DNA from: a virus
Virus record (IMG/VR): IMGVR_UViG_3300043540_000178
Coordinates: 6,864 to 70,863 of that record
DNA: 64,000 nucleotides
Direction: 5' to 3' (one strand)
In this document: positions 46,524 to 55,554 of the stretch, in pieces
How the letters are laid out: every line of letters starts with the position of its first letter
How positions within the stretch are numbered: position 1 is the first letter of the stretch
Notes under the pieces: model-generated
What the model was told of the DNA's origin: nothing
Databases searched by the model: none
What the model saw: the letters and a program-made list of their open reading frames with translations, nothing else
Position numbers and translations under genes: made by a program

Positions 46524-46979
46524 TTACTCATGCTCCCAAGGAAATTGAATCCATCTATTGTCAATGCTTCTGTCAATAACACGACTATAAAAGTCTACAG
46601 TAGATTTATTTTGTGATGGATTATACCATAGTGCGGCATACTTTAAATTATCTTTAATATCAAACATTCTCTCTTTTAAGAGATGAAGTGTATCACCAGT
46701 ATCAACAATATCATCTATGAGCAGATATTTTTTGCCGGATGCCGCTTGAGCTGCAATTTTATCCACAGCAAATGTATCTTTCTTTTTTCCATCACGCAAT
46801 GACCAATTAATATAATGTGCTGGTACATCAAAGTAATGAGATGCAATTGTGGCAGGTATCACACCACCTCTTGCAAGTCCAATAATTCCATTTGGAATGA
46901 AATTGCTTTCTTTAATCGCATTACAAATACAGATAGTATCTGTGTACATCTCATCCCATTTGTAGTAAATCTTTTCCAT
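46524..46979 (-). CDS. Type I phosphoribosyltransferase (Gpt-like)
   Basis: IIGLARGG.IPA, LLIDDIVDTGDT, WIQFPWE. Confidence 0.92.
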   Translation of the reverse strand: MEKIYYKWDEMYTDTICICNAIKESNFIPNGIIGLARGGVIPATIASHYFDVPAHYINWSLRDGKKKDTFAVDKIAAQAASGKKYLLIDDIVDTGDTLHLLKERMFDIKDNLKYAALWYNPSQNKSTVDFYSRVIDRSIDNRWIQFPWEHE

Positions 46980-46986
46980 TTAGTCC

Positions 46987-47865
46987 TCATGCATCAATTG
47001 CATTACCCAAAGTTACAACATGTAACCGGCCGCTTATATTATATCCTTCTGAAATTGCACGTTTTGTAATATGTTCAATCTGTTTGTAATTGGTTTGCTG
47101 GTCGTATGAACTACCAACTGGCATTATATAAATTGAAGGAAACCATCCAAGATTATTCGCCAAATCTTCATACTTCAATTTTAATTCTTTCCATGCTACA
47201 TCTGAATTATTTACAACTACCTTTAAATCAATTGAATCCGAATTTTCAGCCAAATTCTGAATTGTATTTGCATTCCATGTATATTCTTCACCAGATACAT
47301 TATGTAACTTTAGAGATACGTTAAAATGTACATGCATATCTGATAATGCATGTATTAAATCAGATGACATTTCGCAAGTGCCATTTGTTTCAAATTGAAT
47401 GATGGGTGGGATCTTATTCTGAAATTCATCTGATTGAAACATCTCACAAAGAGATTTTTGTTGCAACAGTGGCTCACCACCGGTTATACAAAGATGAATA
47501 TCATTATGCGTGAACGGATGATACCATTGTTTATGCCCAAAACCATCAGTGGGTAAATAATCCATAATCTCTTTCATCACATCGGATGGTTCCATATCAC
47601 GTCTCAAATGCTTAAAGCGAGGGTCAATTGCATACAATGTATCACATCCGTACTCAACAACTGGAAAATCATCTAATTTAGTAATTAATTTTGGATCAAA
47701 CTCAATTGGTTTGATGTATGTCGATGGGTCAGCCGGATTTGGTTGACTGAATCCAGGACATTTTAGATTGCAACCGAATAAACGAAGCCATATAGCCAAT
47801 TTCCCTGTATATCTGCCCTCACCTTGAAAAGAATAGAAGGTTTGTGACACTTTGAGTTTACTCAT
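46987..47865 (-). CDS. queE: 7-carboxy-7-deazaguanine synthase (radical SAM)
   Basis: FYSFQGEG, R.FGCNLKC…GCDT.YA, ITGGEPLLQ, ETNGT, S.KL, MPVG, RLH. Confidence 0.92.
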   Translation of the reverse strand: MSKLKVSQTFYSFQGEGRYTGKLAIWLRLFGCNLKCPGFSQPNPADPSTYIKPIEFDPKLITKLDDFPVVEYGCDTLYAIDPRFKHLRRDMEPSDVMKEIMDYLPTDGFGHKQWYHPFTHNDIHLCITGGEPLLQQKSLCEMFQSDEFQNKIPPIIQFETNGTCEMSSDLIHALSDMHVHFNVSLKLHNVSGEEYTWNANTIQNLAENSDSIDLKVVVNNSDVAWKELKLKYEDLANNLGWFPSIYIMPVGSSYDQQTNYKQIEHITKRAISEGYNISGRLHVVTLGNAIDA

Positions 47866-47908
47866 GTAAATCCTTTCACTGGTTCATAATTAAAATACTA
47901 TATTATAG

Positions 47909-48181
47909 TTATTTCTTGTTCAATTCTGCTGACTTTAATTTCTTTAATTCTGCTGCCACCGTGTCTCTGTCAAGATAGACCAAATTGTCAATCCATTTTC
48001 GTCCATCATTAGGGTTTTGAAAATACCGGATGGTGGAGTAGCCAAATTTATTATGAAAAGCAATAATGAGTATACCTTCTTCATAATCATTTGCCGAAAC
48101 TTTAAAAGTCCAACCGCCTCGCTGCACTGAATTCAACGAAACAACCGTAAATTCTAATTTGGGTGAAGTGCGGTTTTTCAT
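47909..48181 (-). CDS. Hypothetical protein
   Basis: ORF in operon. Confidence 0.55.
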   Translation of the reverse strand: MKNRTSPKLEFTVVSLNSVQRGGWTFKVSANDYEEGILIIAFHNKFGYSTIRYFQNPNDGRKWIDNLVYLDRDTVAAELKKLKSAELNKK

Positions 48182-48206
48182 CTAAGTAATTAAATAGCGT
48201 TTGATT

Positions 48207-48425
48207 TTAATTTTCAACCAAAAGTTGAGGTTGTTCGCTAGCTTTAGTGTCTTGAATAGCAACAATTTGCTTTTCTGCTTCTAACTTAATCTTATTGATT
48301 AGATCATATGATGTTTTTGCTGGAAGTTCAGCCAATCCTGCCAAAATAGTATTAACATTATCAACACCCAAATTTAATGTAATATTAATTTCATCCATTT
48401 CATCCTCCTTATCGTTTTTCACCAA
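48207..48425 (-). CDS. Hypothetical protein
   Basis: VN.IL..L.ELP…LI..I..A..Q pattern; start probably MDEIN. Confidence 0.6.
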   Translation of the reverse strand: MVKNDKEDEMDEINITLNLGVDNVNTILAGLAELPAKTSYDLINKIKLEAEKQIVAIQDTKASEQPQLLVEN

Positions 48426-48801
48426 GTGTGTATTTTGGAACTAATGTCCATGTATTCTTATCTTTGAAAGATAAAATTTTCACAGAATTAAGAGGTGCTT
48501 TTTCTTTAATGGTTGACGGATCCTTAATTTTAATCAAGTTCCAGTCTGCCAGTAGACCAGCAATCAAATTCCTACGTTCAATATCTTCCTGGGTGATATT
48601 GGCATGTTTGCCATCTAGAGTAAATAATTCTTTAAAATGACAAATATAATATTTCCCACGCTTATGTAAAATATGAGCTGTTTGATACAGAGTTTTTGTT
48701 TTATTGAGAGCTATTCCAATACGGGTCAACGATTCTTTGACCAATAAAAAGTCTTCTGGTCTCTCTAGTTCAATTTGAATACCAATTGAAAAATCATCCA
48801 T
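48409..48801 (-). CDS. regA: Translational repressor RegA
   Basis: DFL.VKESLTRIGIA, LYQ..HILHKRGKYYI.HFKELF.LDG, RRN.IA.LL.DW, W.L.PKY. Confidence 0.97.
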   Translation of the reverse strand: MDDFSIGIQIELERPEDFLLVKESLTRIGIALNKTKTLYQTAHILHKRGKYYICHFKELFTLDGKHANITQEDIERRNLIAGLLADWNLIKIKDPSTIKEKAPLNSVKILSFKDKNTWTLVPKYTLGEKR

Positions 48802-49169
48802 TATTTACCACCTTCTATAACGAGTAACTTTTGTTTTTCTTCCTCACTCAGCAGAGCCAAGTACCTCTTTGCAATGGTTCTATTCACTTTAAGAATCATG
48901 CAAATGATATTTATTAACTCATTATTTGTTGTATCTTCTTTATTCCATTTACCAAAACGTTTGCCCTTTGGAATCCCGTAATAATAAAAATCGAACTGCA
49001 TATCTTTCGGCAGATGAGAATTTGCGGACATTTCATGGGCAAACATAATGGTGCCCATGATGTTACTCATACCTTTGTTTATAATCCATGCATCATAATT
49101 AGATATTACAGTTTCTTTATCTGTTAATGTTTTTTCATTTATAATTTTGATAATATCAAATGGTGTCAT
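48801..49169 (-). CDS. 62: Clamp loader subunit gp62
   Basis: PFD…IN…Y..WIIN..MS…A.EM…QFDFY…KRFGKW.K. Confidence 0.9.
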   Translation of the reverse strand: MTPFDIIKIINEKTLTDKETVISNYDAWIINKGMSNIMGTIMFAHEMSANSHLPKDMQFDFYYYGIPKGKRFGKWNKEDTTNNELINIICMILKVNRTIAKRYLALLSEEEKQKLLVIEGGK

Positions 49170-49762
49170 GTTGTCACCTCATTCACTTGGCGATCCCTTA
49201 GTTTAAAATTCTTTTTCGCCATAATATTCATAACATCTTCAATTGAGATTGGTGCATAATTGTGACAATCAGTTCCAATATCCATGCTTCTTGCATTAGG
49301 ATCATCAGGCAAAGATCCATGTGAATGTCCATACAGATGAATAGAACCTACATGGGACTTATTCCATACACGCATTGCATAATGACACAAGACAAACCTT
49401 GTTTTTATACCATCAATCAAAAAATCAACTTCAAATAATGAACTTTTTTCTGAACCACGAAACAAAGTAACATCTAATTTTTTGTCATGGTTTCCCAATA
49501 CAATGAAAATTTTACCATTTAAGCGATTAATCAGTTTCCTTTGAATTTCACGGTCACTAATGAAACAAAAATCACCCAAATGAAACACCCAATCACCAGA
49601 ACCAACTTTATTATTCCAATTTTCAATGAGTGTTTCATTCATTTCTTCTACATCATTGAATGGACGGTTGCAATACTTAATAATATTTTTATGTCCGAAA
49701 TGAGTGTCGGAAGTGAAAAATACTTTTTCTTTGCTAGTATCAATTATCATTATTATTTCCAC
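49166..49762 (-). CDS. Metallophosphoesterase
   Basis: FTSDTHFGH.N, LGD, GNHD, HY…W, GHSH. Confidence 0.9.
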   Translation of the reverse strand: MEIIMIIDTSKEKVFFTSDTHFGHKNIIKYCNRPFNDVEEMNETLIENWNNKVGSGDWVFHLGDFCFISDREIQRKLINRLNGKIFIVLGNHDKKLDVTLFRGSEKSSLFEVDFLIDGIKTRFVLCHYAMRVWNKSHVGSIHLYGHSHGSLPDDPNARSMDIGTDCHNYAPISIEDVMNIMAKKNFKLRDRQVNEVTT

Positions 49763-50697
49763 TGTATAGTGTCGCTAATGATAATCGACGTAAGAAATGC
49801 CATTGTGTTTATTTCTTGGTCGGGAACAAATGCAGCTTTGTAACTGTATTCTCCCAACAACAAAATCAACTCGGGAATTCCTTTTGGTTCTATCTTTTGA
49901 GATGCTTTATCGTAGAACATCCTAAATAGGGTTGCAGATTCAATGTCTGCATGTTCTGCAACCCAACGACGAACTTCACTAAACTTTTTCTGTTTCAATG
50001 AAACAAGAAGTTGATTGAACATATCGTCACTGAGATCAAGAAGAATACCAGCATCAATTTTACCACCTGCTGCATATCCTTGTAGTTCATTCAAAACTGA
50101 ACGGAAATCTGGAAACTTCTTCATCACCAATTCCGCAACTACACGCTTCTCATACTGCACACCTTCTTTGTCGAGAATGTCAAGAACCCGTTTCAAGAAC
50201 TGAGTTGATAATTCAACTTTATCAGCATTTGAAATCTTGAAGTCGATTTTTTTACATCTCGATTTAATCGCATCAATCAACTTGGACTCAAAATTACATG
50301 TGAAAATGATAGTGTGATTGCCACTGTATTCTTCAATAAACCCGCGTAGAGCTTGTTGCGCCGATTGCGTCAAACCGTCGCACTCATCCATTAGAGTGAT
50401 TTTCTTACTATCTGTGAATGAAACGGTTGATGCAAATTGCAATAATTTGGTTCTGATTAAGTCGATATTGCCTTCAGAAGATGCATTAATCTGCATGAAA
50501 TCTGCACCAATGTCATTGGCAATTGCTTTTGCCAATGTTGTTTTACCTATGCCAGCTGAACCGGTGAATAATAGTGACGGAAGATTACCGGACTTAACTA
50601 AACCTCTGGCAATTTCTTTTGTTGATTCTGGGAGAATAATCTCCTCAATTGACGTTGGACGATATTTTTCTGCCCAAATTGCATTATCTATACTCAT
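49753..50697 (-). CDS. 44: Clamp loader ATPase gp44
   Basis: WAEKYRP, GSAGIGKTT, INAS, DECD, Q.ALRGFIEE, SRC, FPDFR. Confidence 0.97.
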   Translation of the reverse strand: MSIDNAIWAEKYRPTSIEEIILPESTKEIARGLVKSGNLPSLLFTGSAGIGKTTLAKAIANDIGADFMQINASSEGNIDLIRTKLLQFASTVSFTDSKKITLMDECDGLTQSAQQALRGFIEEYSGNHTIIFTCNFESKLIDAIKSRCKKIDFKISNADKVELSTQFLKRVLDILDKEGVQYEKRVVAELVMKKFPDFRSVLNELQGYAAGGKIDAGILLDLSDDMFNQLLVSLKQKKFSEVRRWVAEHADIESATLFRMFYDKASQKIEPKGIPELILLLGEYSYKAAFVPDQEINTMAFLTSIIISDTIQWK

Positions 50698-50768
50698 ATT
50701 AGTTCCTCCTCACTTAATGCATTAATTATAACAAATTTCCCTGTAGTTACAAATGTTCAACCACAATT

Positions 50769-50795
50769 AAAAAGCCCACCGAAGCGGGCTTTTTT
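50769..50795 (-). terminator. Intrinsic terminator with cUUCGg tetraloop
   Basis: GCCCGC-TTCG-GTGGGC-TTTTT on the minus strand. Confidence 0.85.
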
Positions 50796-50814
50796 AATTC
50801 ACAACGTATTCAGC

Positions 50815-50988
50815 TTAATTTGCCTTAACGGGAGTAATGCTTTTAACATTGTGTCCGTAACTCTTCAGTACAGAACGAACACCTTCTGCAGTAGCACAAC
50901 GGCTGCGATACTCGCCTTCAGTCATATCTGTCTTGATATTCCAGAAGTAGCGATTGCCATCGTGTCCATGTTTATGAATTTTTTGCAT
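50815..50988 (-). CDS. Small hypothetical protein between genes 45 and 44
   Basis: AAGGA SD before MQKIH; followed by a terminator. Confidence 0.6.
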   Translation of the reverse strand: MQKIHKHGHDGNRYFWNIKTDMTEGEYRSRCATAEGVRSVLKSYGHNVKSITPVKAN

Positions 50989-51059
50989 GTTATTTCCTTT
51001 CAAATATTAAACGAGGGTTTCAAGTCACATATTTGGTCAACCCACAAACACCAAATTCT

Positions 51060-51722
51060 TTAATTGAATGTGCTATCAGCCTCAACCGCAATAAATACAA
51101 CCAGGTTGAGTGACGAAGCAATCCATTTAGAAATTTTCTTACTACTTATTTCTACCTTGTAATCGCTTGGGAACAGACGCAACTTCTCAACTTTAAAATT
51201 GACATGAAATTTTCTTGTGGTCTGGACTTCCAAGTCTACTTCAAATGCATTTGCTGTTGGGTTTTTCTTGTCATACACCTTTACACAAACTGTCTTGCCG
51301 TCACCGATTACTGCAAGATCTTCAACAGATAGAACCGATGCCATTTTTGAAAGACGTGTAATCAATTCATTTGTCAATTCAATTTCAATCTCTGCTGATG
51401 GCATTATAATGTCTTTCTTTGGAGTAATCAGTACATTTTCATCTGCATACACATATTTAACTTGCTGTTTACCTTTCTTAATTACTAAATTCTTGTCATT
51501 CAATTCAATTTCAGGATCAGAAAATGCAGCATATGCACCCAAAAATTCACTAAGATTGAAGATCGAAACTTGTTTAGTAAAGTCAACTTCGCCTTCATAT
51601 GTTGCTAGAATGTCTTTGGTGACTGACATTGTAGTAATCTTCTTTCCCGGCTTAATTACTAGGTTTGCATTAATTGATGCAAAGTTTCGCAGAATTTCTA
51701 CTGTCTCTTTATTAAGATTCAC
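51060..51722 (-). CDS. 45: Sliding clamp gp45
   Basis: L..ET..IL.NFASIN…I..L.EFL…Y.YA…P.K…F.VN.K…DY.V.IS…IA.E. Confidence 0.95.
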   Translation of the reverse strand: MNLNKETVEILRNFASINANLVIKPGKKITTMSVTKDILATYEGEVDFTKQVSIFNLSEFLGAYAAFSDPEIELNDKNLVIKKGKQQVKYVYADENVLITPKKDIIMPSAEIEIELTNELITRLSKMASVLSVEDLAVIGDGKTVCVKVYDKKNPTANAFEVDLEVQTTRKFHVNFKVEKLRLFPSDYKVEISSKKISKWIASSLNLVVFIAVEADSTFN

Positions 51723-51744
51723 TGTATGCTCCTATTAATTATAA

Positions 51745-52041
51745 TTAAGATATTAATTCAACATCTTGCACATCATTTTGCTCAACAATTTCTTCTTTTA
51801 CTTTTGATGCATTGCTTAGTTGATGCATCTTTTTAAGATTTGCATCAAATATAGGAGTTTCAATATCAGCATGTTTCATAAGCAAGACTATCATTTCTGT
51901 TGGGTAAGTCTTACCCGAACTCATTTGCTGACTCACTGCTTTGAACTTACGGCCTACACGATGCATATTACCGGTTGTTGGGTCAAGCAGTTTTGATTGC
52001 TTGCGCCATTCTTTACTTTTGTTTGGTCCTGTTTTTGCCAT
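51745..52041 (-). CDS. Hypothetical protein
   Basis: MAKTG start after AGGGA. Confidence 0.55.
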   Translation of the reverse strand: MAKTGPNKSKEWRKQSKLLDPTTGNMHRVGRKFKAVSQQMSSGKTYPTEMIVLLMKHADIETPIFDANLKKMHQLSNASKVKEEIVEQNDVQDVELIS

Positions 52042-52042
52042 A

Positions 52043-53029
52043 TTATCCCTTACTAAAATAGAAACTGTCAGCAATGTAATTCTGATAATTATCCAACTCT
52101 TCGTAACTTAATCCTAGCTTATCTTGAACATACTTGTGGTCAACAGCAATACCAGATTCATACCACTGATCCTCTCTTACTGAATAGTAAAAGTCGTTTT
52201 CAACTGTTTCTGGGTTACCATTGCTATCAACAACAGCGCAGTCAGTATAGTCTTTATTGGGTATGGTTTTGCGCCAATTAGAAGGCAACTCACCAATGAC
52301 CAAGTATTTAGCAGCCCGTCCCTTTGCATTGTTATAATCGCTTGGGATTGACACAACATCACGCGGATTGATCTTGACTAAGATGCAACGATCTAGATCA
52401 TAATGACTAGAACCGTAATGATTCAAATATTCTTTAGAGCAGAAATGCAATCCTCGACTACAAATGTTATTCCTATTATCGTCGACAAGTCCTCGAGGCA
52501 TTTCTACTAAAGTTCCAATACTGTTATCCATTGTGCCTGAATAAATGTCTTTGTAATCATGCCTAACTATCTTGTATGCAATAAAACATCCATCTTCTGT
52601 AATTGGTAAGTTACATGCATCCAAAAACAAATACAATTCTGCAATAGCTGTTTGACTTGGATTTTGATACAAATTAGCCAAAAAATTAACCAATGGACGA
52701 CAATCAAACCCTTGACTGTGCATTGTTATAATTTTATTTGTGATTGCATCGGCAAGTTCTACTTCCATATCATTATAATCGTGAAGAATCACTTTACCGA
52801 TTCCGCCATCAATTGTTATTGTGATACTATCGTCAGTATCATTTTCTTTAAAGAAGGATGTTACAATATTTTTAACATCCAACTTAAATACTTCAGCATA
52901 CTCACCTTTCTTAATCAACTCTATTGCTTTTGTAAAATTTGTATCTTCTTTGAAGAATTTAACATCTTCACCGGTTTCTGTATTAACAACAAGCACCATT
53001 GCATCTGTTACAATATTTGCATATTTCAT
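52043..53029 (-). CDS. rIIB: rIIB-like protein
   Basis: NF..NL..NPS…ELY.FL…PITEDG.F.AYK.V..DY.D…MPR..VDD…CSRGLH…P.DVVSIP.DYNNAK.R. Confidence 0.93.
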   Translation of the reverse strand: MKYANIVTDAMVLVVNTETGEDVKFFKEDTNFTKAIELIKKGEYAEVFKLDVKNIVTSFFKENDTDDSITITIDGGIGKVILHDYNDMEVELADAITNKIITMHSQGFDCRPLVNFLANLYQNPSQTAIAELYLFLDACNLPITEDGCFIAYKIVRHDYKDIYSGTMDNSIGTLVEMPRGLVDDNRNNICSRGLHFCSKEYLNHYGSSHYDLDRCILVKINPRDVVSIPSDYNNAKGRAAKYLVIGELPSNWRKTIPNKDYTDCAVVDSNGNPETVENDFYYSVREDQWYESGIAVDHKYVQDKLGLSYEELDNYQNYIADSFYFSKG

Positions 53030-55158
53030 GATATCTCCATTTTGTTTTCCATTTGTTCACAATACTCAACAACAATATCAATGTTATTATTGACTGTCAA
53101 ATTAAAATGACCAGCATTCCTAAAGATAATAGACAACATTGGATATGTTTTATAAAAGTTATCCAACAAAATTTCGTATTTGTTAACAGGGGGCTGTTCG
53201 TTAAGACAACTAGCCAAACTCTTAATTTTATTCAATTTATTAATATTGTGAAGATACAACAATGAAACATGGTCAAAATTCTCAATTGTATCCAACAAAT
53301 CATTCCATAATGATGGTTTTGTTGTTCTCTTGATATTTTTTATTGTAACAGTTTTTTCATAACCAAAAACCTGTCTGATTTCATAAGTGAACAACGAAGC
53401 ACACAATTCATCGTAGTTTTTCAACATATTTTCATATTCAAGCAGCAATGCATCTTTAGGTGACTGTGCCCATGCTGGTATTGGTGTTCCTTCTTTTAAT
53501 CCAACTATAGATATGCCATAATTTTCGCAACGATGAACATAATCAACATATTCAGGAAGAATAGATTTGATTGTGTTTGAATTAGTGAAAAACACATATG
53601 CAACTTTGCTGGCTGCTTTGAAAACAGATTCCTCTTCTCTTACAAATCGGTTTCCATTAATACAATAATACGGAGATGCAGATTGACTCACATCTGATTT
53701 CTTGCTTCTCTTAATTGCAGGTTTTGGCAAACTGGATGCTTTGACAACTTGGGCTTTTAAGAAATTTGGCAAAAAACTAAAATCATCTGTAATAAGTACA
53801 TGTTTATTTGTACCTACATACCTTTCCCGAACCCGTGAAACCCATGATGATGGTACATCATTCTCAATAAACACTGCTTCTTTCAAATTAGTTACTCTGA
53901 TAGTCAATGAAGATGTTGTAGAGCCAGAAAACACACCGAATGCTCTGAGGCTGTCATATCTATAAGATCTGGTATTTCTGCTAAAAATTTTGCCATTACT
54001 AGTATTCATTATTTTAAAGCAATATTCTCTTGGCAATGTCAATGTTATTGAGTTTGTTTGTAGTTTAAAATCACGATTATACATCTTATTGCCATCACTC
54101 AAATGTTCATAGAGCAGTTGAGTATTATATGTATTTTTACTATACGTAGAGGGAAACCAATTATTCAATGTTTCAGATGCAAAAACATAATACTCGAGTT
54201 CATCAGTTGCTTTGTCTACAACATTTGTTTTCCAAAGTCCTTGCAACTCATCATAGGCATCTTTAATTCTTGCCTTAATAGCATTCATAGTCTTTGTATC
54301 GTATTGCAGATCCTCACGAGACAAATTTAAATTCAGTTCACCAATATTAAACTTGAAAACTGCTCCAATGTTCAACAATGCGGCATGTATATCAGAAAGA
54401 CCTTCGATTTTTGAAGTGCTGATTGAATATAGACGATTATTAATTAACGCAGATGATCCAAAATTCTGTACATAATACGTGGCGGATGTAGCAATCCACT
54501 TTGTATTTAGCCTCCACTCTATTACAGGAATCTTAAATCCTGGTGTTTTGACGTTTGGATGTACTTCATATGTCATATATGCATGGCACGCAGCATCATG
54601 CCATGCACTAATTCGATCTTTCTTTGTAGGTACTACAACTTCCAATCCTGTTTCAGTTGTCGGTTTCTCCATAATTTTAGTGAGTGTAGGGACACCTTCT
54701 GCACTCACAAAAACTAGATACTGCTTATGCAAACCATCATGCATTGAATGGATTGTCCAGGTATCTGTAACTGCTGCTGGACTCTTTGAGCCAATACCAA
54801 ACCCACCGATAAAATCATTACTATTTTGTTTTGACGACTCGCCATATGTAGTTAGGAATTTATATATCTGTTCTTCAGATAGCCCTGGTCCAAAATCGCG
54901 AATACGAAGTTCTTGTACCAGACTTGTAGGTAGGGTCACTTCAATTGGCACATTTTCTTTACCTACCATCTTATGGGCATCAAGTGCATTGGAGCTAAGT
55001 TCAGTTAGAACTGAACGCTCTTTGTCCTTATACAACATATTGGACAACATTGCAAATAACTTACTAGAATTTTCTGTGGTGGTAAATGTTTTGCCAATAG
55101 TGATATTTGTTGTTACTTCACGACCAACGTCCAATAACATAATTTTCCTCAAAAACAA
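53026..55158 (-). CDS. rIIA: rIIA-like protein (GHKL ATPase N-terminus)
   Basis: LY.DK..V..EL.SNA.DAH, IRDFGPGLS, YGESSK..SND.IGGFGIGSKSP, SRE.LQY. Confidence 0.93.
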   Translation of the reverse strand: MFLRKIMLLDVGREVTTNITIGKTFTTTENSSKLFAMLSNMLYKDKERSVLTELSSNALDAHKMVGKENVPIEVTLPTSLVQELRIRDFGPGLSEEQIYKFLTTYGESSKQNSNDFIGGFGIGSKSPAAVTDTWTIHSMHDGLHKQYLVFVSAEGVPTLTKIMEKPTTETGLEVVVPTKKDRISAWHDAACHAYMTYEVHPNVKTPGFKIPVIEWRLNTKWIATSATYYVQNFGSSALINNRLYSISTSKIEGLSDIHAALLNIGAVFKFNIGELNLNLSREDLQYDTKTMNAIKARIKDAYDELQGLWKTNVVDKATDELEYYVFASETLNNWFPSTYSKNTYNTQLLYEHLSDGNKMYNRDFKLQTNSITLTLPREYCFKIMNTSNGKIFSRNTRSYRYDSLRAFGVFSGSTTSSLTIRVTNLKEAVFIENDVPSSWVSRVRERYVGTNKHVLITDDFSFLPNFLKAQVVKASSLPKPAIKRSKKSDVSQSASPYYCINGNRFVREEESVFKAASKVAYVFFTNSNTIKSILPEYVDYVHRCENYGISIVGLKEGTPIPAWAQSPKDALLLEYENMLKNYDELCASLFTYEIRQVFGYEKTVTIKNIKRTTKPSLWNDLLDTIENFDHVSLLYLHNINKLNKIKSLASCLNEQPPVNKYEILLDNFYKTYPMLSIIFRNAGHFNLTVNNNIDIVVEYCEQMENKMEIS

Positions 55159-55184
55159 TTCATACTGAATAATAACAAAATTTG

Positions 55185-55448
55185 TTAATAGTCTTCAATC
55201 TCAATTTCTTCAAAATCAAGACCTTCATCGCTGATAGTGAATGTTTCGGTACGTCCAGAAACCGTTTCCCATGAGCTCAATTCAATTGATGGAGGATTCC
55301 CTTCTGCCAGTTGAAATTCTGCTTCTTCAACAAAAGCTTTGAGCATAGACCGATCAAAATAATCACCACCCTTTTTGTGATGCCCTGCAAGAAATTGATG
55401 AATCTGATTAATTCCATTTTCGCTGATAGTACATTTGATTGCATTCAT
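55185..55448 (-). CDS. Hypothetical acidic protein
   Basis: AAGGA SD, first gene after an early promoter. Confidence 0.6.
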   Translation of the reverse strand: MNAIKCTISENGINQIHQFLAGHHKKGGDYFDRSMLKAFVEEAEFQLAEGNPPSIELSSWETVSGRTETFTISDEGLDFEEIEIEDY

Positions 55449-55480
55449 TTTTAATTTCCTTTGTATGATAATGTGATTTA

Positions 55481-55531
55481 ATTATACATAGCAAAAATAA
55501 TAATGCAATTGAGATTGATAAAATGTTGATT
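55481..55531 (-). promoter_or_regulatory. Early promoter with IHF-like box
   Basis: AATCAACATTTTA-10nt-TTGCAT-16nt-TATAAT. Confidence 0.7.
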
Positions 55532-55554
55532 TATAAGATATTTTTATGAAAATG

